Positions 24,130-36,189 of a stretch of 64,000 nt of DNA are shown piece by piece. Source of the DNA: Octopus vulgaris (Eukaryota); assembly GCA_951406725.2 (NCBI GenBank), contig OX597819.1, positions 23,622,001 to 23,686,000 of the forward strand, read 5' to 3'. Each line of letters begins with the position of its first letter. The first letter of the stretch is position 1. The notes beneath the pieces were generated by a model that had not been told where the DNA came from, made no database searches, and was given only the letters and a program-made list of their open reading frames with translations. The translations under genes and the position numbers were made by a program.

Positions 24130-24977
24130 TATTTTTGTGATTATTCCTATATTTTTTCAAATTTTAATTCTTTATTACCAAATAAGTAGGAATATACCAT
24201 ACTAGCTTTCAATTTAACATTTATAGATGACTAAAATAACTTCACTACAAACTTAAAATTAAATTCTTCTTTTTTCTAAAATTAAACTGTATGAATCTAA
24301 ATAGTTGGAATCCTAAATAGTATGAATCCCAAATAGTAGGAATACTAAATAGTATGAATCCTATGTCCATAAAGAAACTATTCAGTTCACCTTGATTATC
24401 TCACTTCCATTTCTTAATATATAATTAGTCTAAGATATCTTTACAAAATATAGTTAACTAAATAGGAAAGAATATACCATACTGGTTTTAGTTTAACACC
24501 CATAAATGATTAAAAAACTTCATTACACACTAAGAATTAAATTCCTCTTTTTTGTAGTGTTCTCCAATAGTGTTGTGATGATGTACATATGGTTTGTAAG
24601 GTTTCTGCATTCTCTGGGAATATTAATGTGACCATTTGACATTGACCTAGTTCTCCTAACGCTGAATCTGTTCATCAAATAGTAGTGATTGGCATTTAGT
24701 TGTGACAATGCTGTCTCCCACACAAATTCCTTATATGGAGCTATCACATCCCCTTTACCCCATTTCTATAATTAGAAAATCTTTATTGCTTCCTCTCACT
24801 TGTTCTTCATTCTCAGAACCTTAAAGTAGTTTGGAACAACTGAATCTTAGTCAGTCAGTTGATGAGCTCCACTACCTCAAATGTTCTTAAAATCCACATC
24901 TTTGTCTATGTATCTACCTTCTCTATAATATTGCCACTTGATATGAACATTTTTGTATTAATGGAAAACCTCTATAA

Positions 24978-25063
24978 TTGGCTGATGAGTACTCCGCATT
25001 TTAAAACTGTTGTTATACTTACAACATTAAATAAAACGATGTAGTACGAAACGATCGTACCAA
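24978..25063 (+). ncRNA. Type I hammerhead ribozyme motif, canonical core
   Basis: TTGG-CTGATGA-GTACT..AGTAC-GAAA-CGATCG-TA-CCAA; predicted cleavage after A25059. Confidence 0.92.
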
Positions 25064-25114
25064 ATTACCGGAGTCATTCTTGTTGCTTATTTGGATATAT
25101 ATATATATATATAC

Positions 25115-25185
<71 letters not shown>

Positions 25186-25187
<2 letters not shown>

Positions 25188-25340
25188 TACGACAGGCTTC
25201 TTTCAGTTTCCGTCTACCTAATCCACTCACAAGGCATTGGTCGGCCCGGGGCTATAGCAGAAGACACTTGCCCAAGATGCCACGCAGTGGGACTGAACCC
25301 GGAACCATGTGGTTGGTTAGCAAGCTACTTACCACACAGC

Positions 25341-25344
<4 letters not shown>
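25186..25344 (-). mobile_element. SINE family A, 5' half
   Basis: Reverse complement of 34556-34713, near identical. Confidence 0.9.
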
Positions 25345-25378
<34 letters not shown>

Positions 25379-25512
25379 GCATATATGGGTACAGGACGTC
25401 ACCAACGGTGCAAATAACATGAAATACGTAAACAAACAAGGGAAAAACGAGTGAAATACGTAAATAACAAGAAAAATTGGAAAACGGCGTGCAAACATAG
25501 AGAAAGGACCTT

Positions 25513-25567
25513 TCATCAGTTGGCCGTCTATCTGTTCCTCATTTCGAACATTCAACGACAATATGAA
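25513..25567 (-). ncRNA. Permuted hammerhead-like motif, copy 2
   Basis: TTCAT-A-TTGTCGTT..C-GAAATGAG..GACGGCCAA-CTGATGA. Confidence 0.45.
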
Positions 25568-25998
25568 TCTTCAAAGACAGTTGCTCCCATAAATTCTAAA
25601 ATAAAATTTAGGATTTATGGAAAGTCAAAGTTGGGAGCAAAAAATGACAGTGGAAACATAAAAAGAAACCGAACGAAAGAAAAAAAAAACATGGAGGGTC
25701 ATTAGATCAGAACGAGAAGAAAATAGTGAACGCTGGGAGAAACATTTTTTGAAAAGAGAAAAGATAGAAGAGAGAAAGAGAGGAAAACACGTCCGTGCAG
25801 GAGAAAGATGGTTACGTGAGGAAAAGAAAGATGGACGATGGTATGCACATACACCCCCCATATACATATTACATACATACATATATACATACATACGTAC
25901 ATACATATACATGTTTTTGTTACCATTTTTACCCCTCCGCAAAAAAATCTCAAATTTTATTTAAATTGATTTTCGCGGGAAGGAAAATTTCATTGAAG

Positions 25999-26060
25999 TC
26001 ATGTATCGCCTTGACCTTCGAAACGTGGAGTAGATGAAATTAAGGCGACTGAAGAAGGGG
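25999..26060 (+). ncRNA. Permuted hammerhead-like motif, copy 1
   Basis: TCATGT-A-TCGCCTTGA-CCTTC-GAAACGTGG-11 nt-TTAAGGCGA-CTGAAGA-AGGGG. Confidence 0.55.
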
Positions 26061-26256
26061 AATTTTCCTTGTTTTGTATGTCCTGTACTCTATTTTTTCG
26101 TTGTTTTAAAAAAATGTCCATTTCCTTGGTTTTGTGTTTATATTTTCGTTTCTCATTGTGTTCGACGTTTTTTGGTGTCCTGTACCCATATATGCATGTA
26201 GAGGTAGGTACGTACATATATGTATGTATATATGCATATGTTTTATTTATTTATTA

Positions 26257-26311
<55 letters not shown>

Positions 26312-26313
26312 TT

Positions 26314-26554
26314 TGGCTATCTTTCGATATGACTCGCAGAAATGCCAAACTGGAACAGCTGATCCATCATTAAGGTACAGCATTCGGTATATTCCATAAA
26401 AAATTTTTATTTATTTTTGTGACAGTAAACGTACATTTCCTTTGATGTCAGCATAAAGTTAAAGAGAGAGGAAAAGGAAAGGCAGTTGCGTATGTGTTGG
26501 TGGAGGTCTGCGAGACAGAAAGTGTGTGTTGTGTGTGTACGCATGTGTGCGTGA

Positions 26555-26591
<37 letters not shown>

Positions 26592-26752
26592 GTTGTTGTG
26601 TGTGAGTGACTGAGTTTGTATGTGTGTGTGAGGGAGAGAGGAAGAGTGATAGCGTACATTTTTTTATATATTTTTCCTCGCATCTTTTTTTGAGTGAGTG
26701 TGTGAGTGATTGACTGAGAGAGAGAGAGAGAGAGAAAGATAGAGAGAGAGAA

Positions 26753-26794
<42 letters not shown>

Positions 26795-26888
26795 TGAGTG
26801 ATAGTGTAAATTTTATTTATTTACTTTTTCTCGCATCTTTTTTTAGTGTTTTTAGTTCTTTGTGATTGACTGAGAGAGCGAGCGAGCG

Positions 26889-26938
<50 letters not shown>

Positions 26939-27046
26939 CTTGCCATAGAGAGAGAAGGTGTGTCTTGCTCTGTGTGTGTATGAGTGAGAAAGAAGGAGAG
27001 AGTGATAGTGTAAAATATGTGAGAAAAACAAAAAAAATTTATGCTG

Positions 27047-27086
<40 letters not shown>

Positions 27087-27241
27087 TCACACACAGAGAG
27101 CAAGACACTCCTTCTCTCTCACTGACAAAGCACCTCTTTCTCTCAGCCAAACACTCACTAAAAAAAGATGATAGAAAAAGTAAATAAAATTTACGCTATC
27201 ATTCTCTCACACACAGAGCAACACACACACACACACACACA

Positions 27242-27276
<35 letters not shown>

Positions 27277-27609
27277 ACTCTCTCTCAGGCAATACTCACA
27301 CACTCACTCAAGAGAGATGCGAGGAAAAATTTTAAAAAAATGTACGCTGTCACTCTCACTCTCCCTACAACACACACACACACATCTCTCTCCCTTTCTC
27401 TCCCTTTCTCTCCCCCTCTCTCTCTTTCTCTCTCTCTCACATACACACACACACTTTCTGTCTCGCACTCTCCATCAACACATATACACGTTCCTGTCTA
27501 TTTTCTCTCTCTTTCACATCAAGCGAAATGATCATTTCCTGCCACAAAAATAAATGAACTTTTTTTTGTGGAATAGCGCAGACCTTCTAGTTAAAAGGAA
27601 AGATAGCCA
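26314..27609. mobile_element. About 1.3-kb foldback element with (GA)n-rich left arm and (TC)n-rich right arm
   Basis: TGGCTATCTTT / AAAGATAGCCA termini; internal mirrored blocks, e.g. TTTTTCCTCGCATCT vs AGATGCGAGGAAAAA. Confidence 0.75.
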
Positions 27610-27644
27610 CATATTTTAGTATATACATATATTAATAGGTGATA

Positions 27645-27807
27645 GGCGTAGGAGTGGTTGTATGGTAAGTAGCTTGCTTACCAACCACATGGTTCCGGGT
27701 TCAGTCCTACTGTGTGGAACCTTAGGCAGGTGTCTTCTACTATAGCCTCGAGCCGACCAAAGCCTTCTGAGTAGATTTGGTAGATGGAAACTGAAAAATG
27801 CCCGTCG

Positions 27808-27861
<54 letters not shown>

Positions 27862-28118
27862 TGTATGTATGTATGTATGTATGTATGTATGTATGTATGT
27901 ATGTATGTATGTATATGTGTGTATATGTTTGTGTGTCTGTGTTTGTCTCCCCAACATCGCTTGACAACCGATGCTGGTGTGTTTACATCCCCGTAACTTA
28001 GTGGTTCGGCAAAAGAGACCGATAGAATAAGTACTAGGCTTACAAAGAGTAAGTCCTGGGGTCGATTTGCTCGACTAATGGCGGTGCTCCAACATGGCCG
28101 CAGTCAAATGACTGAAAT
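27645..28118 (+). mobile_element. SINE family A, nearly full length
   Basis: tRNA-like head, central (TA)/(TATG) tract, 3' body. Confidence 0.92.
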
Positions 28119-28169
28119 GTAATACATGTCCTTATAATGTAATACATGTCCTTGGAGTAATAATTGTAC

Positions 28170-28257
28170 GCGGCTGAAGAAGGCTATTGACATACAAATT
28201 ACATCAATTATGCATTGATATAAACCGTCTAATAAAAGCCAGAAACATATGTACCGC
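28170..28257 (+). ncRNA. Type I hammerhead motif in a diverged copy (28118-28345) of the 5556-5762 terminal repeat
   Basis: GCGG-CTGAAGA-A-GGCT..AGCC-A-GAAA-CATATG-TA-CCGC. Confidence 0.8.
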
Positions 28258-28371
28258 TAAATCCTTTGTCTCATGTTTTTATTTTGATAAATATACTCTA
28301 TCACTTACATCACTAAATGGCATATACAGGTGCTTACAATTATCAAGTATTCACCCTGAATTTTATGTATT

Positions 28372-28405
<34 letters not shown>

Positions 28406-28700
28406 CGCACACTCACATACATACGCATATATACCTATGTGTATGGCTTTGTGTGTGCGCGTATGCATTTTAATGAGTACAACTCTCACAAAAGATCCAT
28501 ATTAAAAACAAACTCTCAAGACACAAAGCAAATCAATTGGCTGCAGTATTAGTATATTTGATGGATAAAAGTGCACAACATCAAAAGATGCCGTTACAGC
28601 TAATACATAGCATCCAATTACACGCCAATAAAATTTATCTATGCATGTATGTATGTATGTATGTATGTATGTATGTATGTATGTATGTATGTATGTATGT

Positions 28701-29176
28701 TACCAGTAGCACTCCTAGGTGACCTGATATTAGAATGGAGGATAGAAGGATTCCTAAGCAGATGCTCTATGGAGAACTTGTGAATGGAAGGAGATTCCGG
28801 CAGAAACCAAGGCTGCGATTTAAGGACTGTGTCAAGTCCTCGTTAAAGGCTTTTGATATGCAGGACACTGACTGGGAGAACAATGCCTGTCATCGCCACA
28901 GATGGAGGAAGCAGGTTAAGGAGGGAATCGACACTTTTGAGAAAGCACGTATCCAGCATGAAGAACTTAAGCGAGCTGCGCGAAAGCGCACGGCTCGTAT
29001 AGTGAATGGGGAAAGCTTGGTCTGCAACGTTTGCAGTCGTGTATGCTTGTCAAGAGCAGGTTTCATTAGCCACCAACGGAGCCGCAACTGCAAAATATAA
29101 GTTAGTCCTAGAGCGCACAATGTTCCTGAAGGTCGGCAATGGTCTTCCTCGGTCACGAGTGGACGGCCATCACATC
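28701..29176 (+). mobile_element. RTE-clade LINE 3' fragment (family with C-terminal C2H2-like finger) inside (TATG)n
   Basis: RMEDRRIPKQMLYGEL..RLRFKDCVK..CNVCSRVCLSRAGFISHQRS. Confidence 0.88.
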
Positions 29177-29295
29177 ATGTATGTATGTATCCCTCTTCTA
29201 TTTTTTTAATTATTATAAATCTTCCACTGAGGAGGGAGCCGGTTTCCAACAAAGATGCAAGGCTCCATCTTTGGGATGTAGTTAACACAGACAAA

Positions 29296-30219
29296 TTCAT
29301 ATTTGGAACTTGAAAAAAGTCTTGCATATTTTTACTGTCCCACTCGCAGATTGCACTTGTAATGTACGAATCAGCTAGTCAATTTCTCTTTCTGAAAATC
29401 TCAGTTCATCCAGATTCTCCTTTAAGCATGTAATAACAGAACCTAGTGCTCCAATTATTATTGGTATGAATATGAATTCGTAGTCTGGATTTAGAAACTG
29501 GAGGTTTCGAAGCAGTTGTCCACAGATATCCTCTTTTTCTTTGATTTTCAAAGAGATATTTATATCTTCAAGGCAGCTGACCTCTATGATGGTACATACC
29601 TTTGCACCTCTGTCCCAAACAATATCTGCCCTGTTATGTATACATTTGACAAAAGTTCTGATGGGAATATTCCACCAGTATTCCTTGAGTTAGTGTTTAT
29701 GAATGTATTCCATAACAGAGGAATTTTCTAAGTTTATTGCAGGACAGTCTTGTAAATTGTTTTAGCAACAACATCTTGCTGCATAGGGAGGTAGTACCGT
29801 GACGACATTTTAGGACAGCTGCTAATCACATGTGTAATATCTTCCACAGAAACATGACATAGCCTACATTTGCGGTTGCACCTTGGGATTCCAAGTGTGT
29901 CACTGCTTGTCTTGTTCACCAGGTACTTTGTGGCAATCTCCTGTTCCTGGATTGCAAACGCATAGCCTTCAAAGTCCAATGTGATGTAGTGGTCTTGTGC
30001 CCAAGAGAGGCTGCGCTTTGTGTCAATTCTACTGTCGTCTTCAAGCTTCTGGGCAACATACTCATGCACGGTCTTTTTTTTTTTTTTGTATGCTGAGTGC
30101 TTTCTATCCAGGTCTTCTCTGAAGCAAGAGAGCCCAGCTGTTTTGGCACTGTATAGGAAGTCATCAGGAAGAGAGTGTTTCTTGAGGAGTTCATTGCCAA
30201 CTCGTACAATGTTGCTCAC

Positions 30220-30220
<1 letters not shown>
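29296..30220 (-). mobile_element. R4/Dong-type non-LTR fragment (CCHC finger plus restriction-like endonuclease), decayed
   Basis: EGYAFAIQEQEIAT..CRLCHVSVEDITHVISSC; downstream EYWWNIPI, HNR-DIV, IIEVSC, FIPIIIGALG in shifted frames. Confidence 0.85.
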
Positions 30221-30251
<31 letters not shown>

Positions 30252-30613
30252 TGTATGTATGTATGTATGTATGTATGTATGTATGTATGCATGTATGTAT
30301 GTATGTTTGTATGCATGTATGTATGTATGTTTGTATGTATGTATGTATGTATGTATGTATGTATGCATGCATGCATGTATGTATAAATGTATGTATGTAT
30401 GTATGTATGTATGTATGTATGTATGTCCATACACGCGCGCACATACATATGTATGTATGAATGTATGTATGTCATTATTCAGTTTTAATTCAAAATTTCT
30501 TGCCAGTAGAAAAGGAGCCAGTTTATAACCTAGATCCATTGGAATTTCAACATCAACAACAGTATATTTTTGAATCAGCGTGTGTGTGTTTCTTGTTGGT
30601 ATAATGATCTTAA

Positions 30614-30950
30614 GGCGGCGAGCTGGCAGAAACGTTAGCACGCCGGGCGAAATGCTTATCCGTATTTCGTCTGCATTACGTTGTGAGTTCAAATTCCGCC
30701 GAGGTCGACTTTGCCTTTCATCCTTTCGGGGTCGATAAATTAAGTACCAGTTACGCACTGGTACAGTTACGCACATACATACACACACACTACAGACTTC
30801 TACACAGGTTCCATCAACCAAATTCATTGACAAGGCATTGGTCAAACCGAGGTTATAACAGAAAACTTGTACCCAATGTGCCATGCAGTGGGACTGAACC
30901 AGAAATCACGTGGCTGCAAAGCGAGCTTCCTAACCGCACAAGCATGCTTG
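30614..30950. mobile_element. SINE family B (+, 30614-30763) abutting a degenerate SINE family A head (-, 30790-30950)
   Basis: Family cores recognisable. Confidence 0.85.
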
Positions 30951-31534
30951 CTCATTTTCTTCTAAAAAAGAAGACTCTTTATCGTTATATTCTTTTGATC
31001 AGACCGACTAACAACCTAAACCTGTAGCAATATGCAACCCATAAACTTCTTCACAAACATCTGTCATACAAAGAATGACGTAAAGGGCTTGAATTGTAAA
31101 AGTTTTGTGTGAGAGCTATGGTCGCTCGATTAGCTTGAAATAGCAGCCAAGTCTTCCTGAAACCACACGTTACTATCTAAAAAAAAAAAAGGATAAAAAA
31201 CAAGTGGATGCACTGGGCAGTGTATTTCTAGATGCATTAATATGAAAAACAACAAAAATAGCCAGGCTGGTCACGACTGGAGTACTTTGTAATCATGTGT
31301 GTACAATCGATTGGATGTAACAGTAACAACAACACAAACAAAACAAACCAGTACACACATACATATAACCAGACACTTACACGCACACTGACATTTAAAT
31401 ACATAAACACAGACACTCACTCACACAGACATACGCACACATAAACACATACACACAAATACACTCGCACATATATACACATATGCACATAAAGAATTCC
31501 TTTCAGGTTTGGCGCCATTCAGTAAGTTGTAATA

Positions 31535-31930
31535 TCTATATATATAAAAGTGAGGTTGTGTGGTGTCTGTCTCCTACGATTTAGATTCCTAACTACTCCC
31601 ACATTTTGCGGTGCAGTTTAACAAAAAGCGGGTATCTTATAGTCGTGATTCATATCGAGCCCTTCTGGGTATTAGCGCGCGTCTACGATGAGTCTACGAT
31701 TTAAAAAAACATTTACCATCATTTTTTCCCATTTTTAATGCATTTTTGGCATATATAAGGGAAGTAACTCTCTAAAAATGTATTATTAAATCTCAGAACG
31801 TAAAAAAGGTACAGTAACACCCTCCTTTGTGGTTAGCCATATTGAGATGGCTATTATACTTTACATCTCTAAAAATGCTTATATAGTTATTTCCCTTACA
31901 AACCCGAGCAACGCCGGGCGATACTGCTAG
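31535..31930 (+). mobile_element. Non-autonomous Helitron
   Basis: A|TCTATATATATAAAA start; CCCGAGCAACGCCGGG hairpin; CTAG|T end; no TSD. Confidence 0.9.
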
Positions 31931-32277
31931 TTTAGTATAAACTCGGTGCGTGAGTGTGTTTGTGTGTGTATGTGCGTGCGTGTGTGTGTGTGTGTGTGCG
32001 TGTGTGTGTGTCTGCGTGTACACGGGTATTTTAGTTCATGTATATGTGCGTGTACACGTGTATGTTCGTGCATGTGTGTGTTTTGTTGTTAGCGAGGAGG
32101 TGACAGGTGAGTGGTTGTGTGTGTGTGTGCGTGTTTTTGAAATATAAATCATAAGGAATTCCTGCTGTCTTTTAGAACTGGATCTTGGCATCATAACTAA
32201 GATTCCCTCCTCTCTGTGTTCTTGGTGAGAAAAGGATTTCCACAAAACAATTATATTAATCACGAAAAAAAGGCACG

Positions 32278-32324
<47 letters not shown>

Positions 32325-32555
32325 TCATACACACACATACATACACATACGAACACACACATATACACACGCACACATTCATACATCTTGAACGCTTTAT
32401 ATTACCAATCATAACACAGCAGTTCCTATACAGTCAGGGACGTAACGCCGAACATTTAAAACTTATCGGCCCAGTCTACCTAACTCAAAGTAAATACTAC
32501 AGAGTTATCTTCCGTACTTGTCGCAATTACTAAATTAATATTTAGCCCTTGAAAG

Positions 32556-32905
32556 TCGGCGAGCTGGCAGAAACGTTAGCACGCCGGGCGAAATGCGTAG
32601 CCGTATTTCGTATGCCGTTAAGTTCTGAGTTCAAATTCTGCCGCGGTCGACTTTGCCTTTCATCCTTTCGGGGTCGATAAATTAAGTACCAGTTACACAC
32701 TGGGGTCGATGTAATCGACTTAATCCGTTCGTCTGTCCTTGTTTGTCCCCTCTGTGTTTAGCCCCTTGTGAGTAGTAAAGAAATAGGTATTTCGTCCGCT
32801 GAGGTCGAATTTGCCTTTCATCCTTTCGGGGTTGCATACTGGGTCAATCTAATCGACTGTTTCCTCCCCAAAATTTCGAGCCTTGTGCCTAGAGTAGAAA
32901 ATAAT
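32556..32905 (+). mobile_element. SINE family B, two-unit array
   Basis: Long tail then restart at GGTATTTCGTC, short tail at end. Confidence 0.88.
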
Positions 32906-33373
32906 ATTTAGTCCTTTAACTAATGTTGTAAATTTCTCATCACGTAATTGTTTCTGATTAGATATTTTATGTTCACCATGGTAAATATGTTAACACTAAC
33001 TTCTCTACAGTTTTTTTTCTTTGTTTTATATACGATGTCTGTGATTAATTAACCCCAGTGAATTATTTTCATTCACAAATGGCGGTGCCCCAGCATGGCC
33101 ATAGCTCATGAGCTGAAACTAGAATCAATCAATCAATCAATCAAACCATCGGAGCGCGAAGCACTCCTCTCGAACGCAGGTTCGTGAGATGGTTGTGATA
33201 TGTCAACAGTTTTGAGTAGGAACCGGAAAGAGAAGTATGAACACGCAATGCGCATGTGCACACTGGATTCGTAGAATAGAAGAGAAGAATAAAAACGTTA
33301 TGCGCATGTCAAAATAAAACGGAAGAGTAGTATAAAAAAGCAATGGTCTGCACGCCACGACTGACATGACTCT

Positions 33374-33533
33374 CGTCCCCGTCACTTAGCGGTTCGGCAA
33401 AAGAGACCGATAGAATAAGTACTGGGCTTACAGAAAATAAGTCCCGGCGTCGATTTGCTCGACTAAAGGCAGTGCTCCAGCATGGCCGCAGTCAAATGAC
33501 TGAAACAAGTAAAAGAAAGAAAAGAAAGAAAGA
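33374..33533 (+). mobile_element. SINE family A, 5'-truncated
   Basis: CGTCCCCGTCACTTAGCGGTTCGGC..GACTGAAACAAGTAAAAGA. Confidence 0.88.
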
Positions 33534-33695
33534 AGGGTCAGATTGGATGCAGGTATAATTGTGTGGTTAAGAAGCACGTTTCATAACCATTCGTTGTGAA
33601 AATGTTGTAATATGATAGTGGTGATGATTTCGTTATTTTGTGCCAGCATTGCCATTGCTGTGTTGTTGTTTCTGCTATTATTATTGTTACTGTGA

Positions 33696-34330
33696 AGGCG
33701 GTGAGGTGGCGGAATCGTTAACACGCCGGGCGAAATGCTTTGCGGTATCTCGTCTGCCGTTTCGTTCTGAGTTCAAATTCCGCCGAGGTTGACTTTGCCT
33801 TTCATCCTTCCGGGGGTCGATTAAATAAGTACCAGTTACGCACTGGGGTCGATGTAATCGACTTAATCTGTTTGTCGGCCCTTGTTTGTCCCCTCTATGT
33901 TTAGCCCCTTGTGGATAGTAAAGAAATAGGTATTTCATCTGCCGTTACGTCTGAGTTCAAATTCCGCCGACGTCGACTTTGCCTTTCATCCTTTCGGGGT
34001 CGATAAATTAAGTACCAGTTACGCACTGGGGGGGGGTCGATGTAATTGACATAATCCGTTTGCCTGTCCTTGTTTGTCCTCTCTATGTTTAGCTCCTCGT
34101 GGGCAATAAAGAAATAAGAATTGCTAGCACGCCAGGCAAAATGCGTAGCGGTATTTCGTCCGTTATTACGATCTGAGTTCAAATTCCACCGAGGTCGACT
34201 TTGTCCTTTAATCCTTTCGGGGTCGATAAATTAAGTACCCGCGAAACACTGGGGTCGATGTAATCAACTACTCTCCTCCCAAATTTTTCCTCTAAATTTC
34301 AGCTCTTGTGTCTATAACAAAAAAGATTAT
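33696..34330 (+). mobile_element. SINE family B, three-unit array
   Basis: Two long tails, restarts at GGTATTTC and AGAATTGCTAGCACG, final short tail. Confidence 0.9.
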
Positions 34331-34548
34331 GGTTGTTGTTGTGGTGTTGGTGTTGTGGGGTTGGGATTGTTTTGTGGTGGCATTGTGGCAATAATTTCTT
34401 TTGGTGATGGTATTGTGATGTAATGGTGTTTAATTTTATTCTAGTCATGTTCTGTTGTAGTAATCGTGTGGTGATGTGGTAGTGATATTGTAGTGGCCAC
34501 GTTAGGATTCCGCGGAGATTTTTGCGATGATTATGAACGATGATTATA

Positions 34549-34960
34549 GGCGCAAGAGTGGCTGTGTAGTAAGTAGCTTGCTAACCAACCACATGGTTCC
34601 GGGTTCAGTCCCACTGCGTGGCATCTTGGGCAAGTGTCTTCTGCTATGGCCCCGGGCCGACCAATGCCTTGTGAGTGGATTTGGTAGACGGAAACTGAAA
34701 GAAGCCTGTCGTATATATGTATATATACATATATATATGTGTGTGTGTGTTTGTGTGTCTGTGTCTGTCCCCCTAGCATTGCTTGACAACCGATGCTGGT
34801 GTGTTTACGTCCCCGTAACTTAGCGGTTCGGCAAAAGAGACCGATAGAATAAGTACTGGGCTTACAAAGAATAAGTTCCGGGGTAGATTTGCTCGATTAA
34901 AGGCGATGCTCCAGCATGGCCGCAGTCAAATGACTGAAACAAGTAAAAGAGTAAAAGAGA
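34549..34960 (+). mobile_element. SINE family A, full length
   Basis: A box TGGCTGTGTAGT, B box GGTTCAGTCCC, central microsatellite, (GTAAAAGA)n tail. Confidence 0.93.
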
Positions 34961-35421
34961 GAGTGCATAAAGTTGTGATGATAAAGTGATAGAGATGTGA
35001 TAGTGATGATGGTGATGACGATGATGACGACGACGATGAGAATGATGATGATGTTCTTTCTTGAGTAAGCGAAGTTGTGGCATTGATGGGATTTCATGAT
35101 GTAAAAAAAAAACAACAAATGTAGTAAACGAGTCTTTGGAATGTTGGCGGGCACAAACTGTGATATGAAATGAAAATACAAAGTAAAAAAAGAAAAAAAA
35201 AAAAAGAAATAAGTGAGCAGTGTTAGAATATGGGAAGAAAAAAAAATTGAGCTTCGCAAATCATTTGGCAACGGGCCACACCTTATGATATTGTAGATGT
35301 TTGCTGAAGTTTGATATATTTTCAATTAGTTATAAACGATAAAACAAAAAGTAAAACACAAAATCACCCTGCATTATTTCCGAACACTGTTTCTGTTTTC
35401 AGAAAACTAATAAAATGATGC

Positions 35422-35456
<35 letters not shown>

Positions 35457-35487
35457 TTTAATAAAAAGATACGGTTTTTAGAAAATA

Positions 35488-35883
35488 CTAGCAGTATCGC
35501 CCGGCGTAGCTCGGATTTGTAAGGGAATTAACTATATAAGCATTTTTAGAGATGTAAAGTGTAATAGCCATCTCAATATGGCTAACCACAAAGGGGGGGG
35601 GTTACTGTAGCTTTTTACGTTCTGAGATTTAATAATAAATTTTTAGAGAGTTACTTCCCTTATATATGCCAAAAATGCATTAAAAATGGTAAAAATTGAT
35701 GGTAAATTTTTTTTTAAATCGTACACTCATCGTAGACGCGCACTAATACCCAGAAGGGCTCGATATGAATCACGACTATAAGATACCCGGTTTTGGTTAA
35801 ACTGCACAGCAAAATGTGGGAGTAGTTAGGAATCTAAATCGTAGGAGACAGACACCACACAACCTCACTTTTATATATAAAGA
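35488..35883 (-). mobile_element. Non-autonomous Helitron, same family as 31535-31930
   Basis: Reverse complement of the 31535 copy with TC start, hairpin and CTAG end. Confidence 0.9.
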
Positions 35884-36189
35884 TATGCTATAACGTTATC
35901 TAGACTTTTCAAATCCCAAGCGACCTCATAAAACCTCTAAATGTTTGCTCGATGTACGAGAAATAGAAATGAAATCTCCTTTAATTCACATCGTACCACC
36001 TTTAACTTCGTACAGAATAAATTGATCTTAGGATCAACTGTGTCTAAAAACCTTAAATGATTAGATAGTCACGGCTGGAATATCTTTGGATGTAGATTTG
36101 CTTTATTAGTATTGACCAGGCAGTAAACAACAACAACAACAACAACAACAATGACGACGACGACGATAGTTGTTTATGAAATTATTACT

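Larger units (their letters stand above)
23640..25092 (+). mobile_element. 5'-truncated Penelope-like element: GIY-YIG endonuclease end, long 3' UTR, terminal hammerhead
   Basis: CNC..C..VIYKC..YFGC..FKKRLNNHFSSF..TTLSSKIWELK..CQLC..LLNNRLE..CIH (23707-24129, one in-frame TAA); hammerhead at 24978. Confidence 0.88.
25377..26197. mobile_element. Inverted-repeat element with 21-bp identical termini and diverged arms, each arm with a permuted hammerhead-like motif
   Basis: ATGCATATATGGGTACAGGAC 25377-25397 mirrored at 26177-26197; arms alignable to about 25620 and 25940. Confidence 0.7.

Noticed and set aside
24523-24790. Minus-strand ORF inside the Penelope-like 3' UTR
   Set aside because: No recognisable motif or splice signals; probably an inserted repeat fragment
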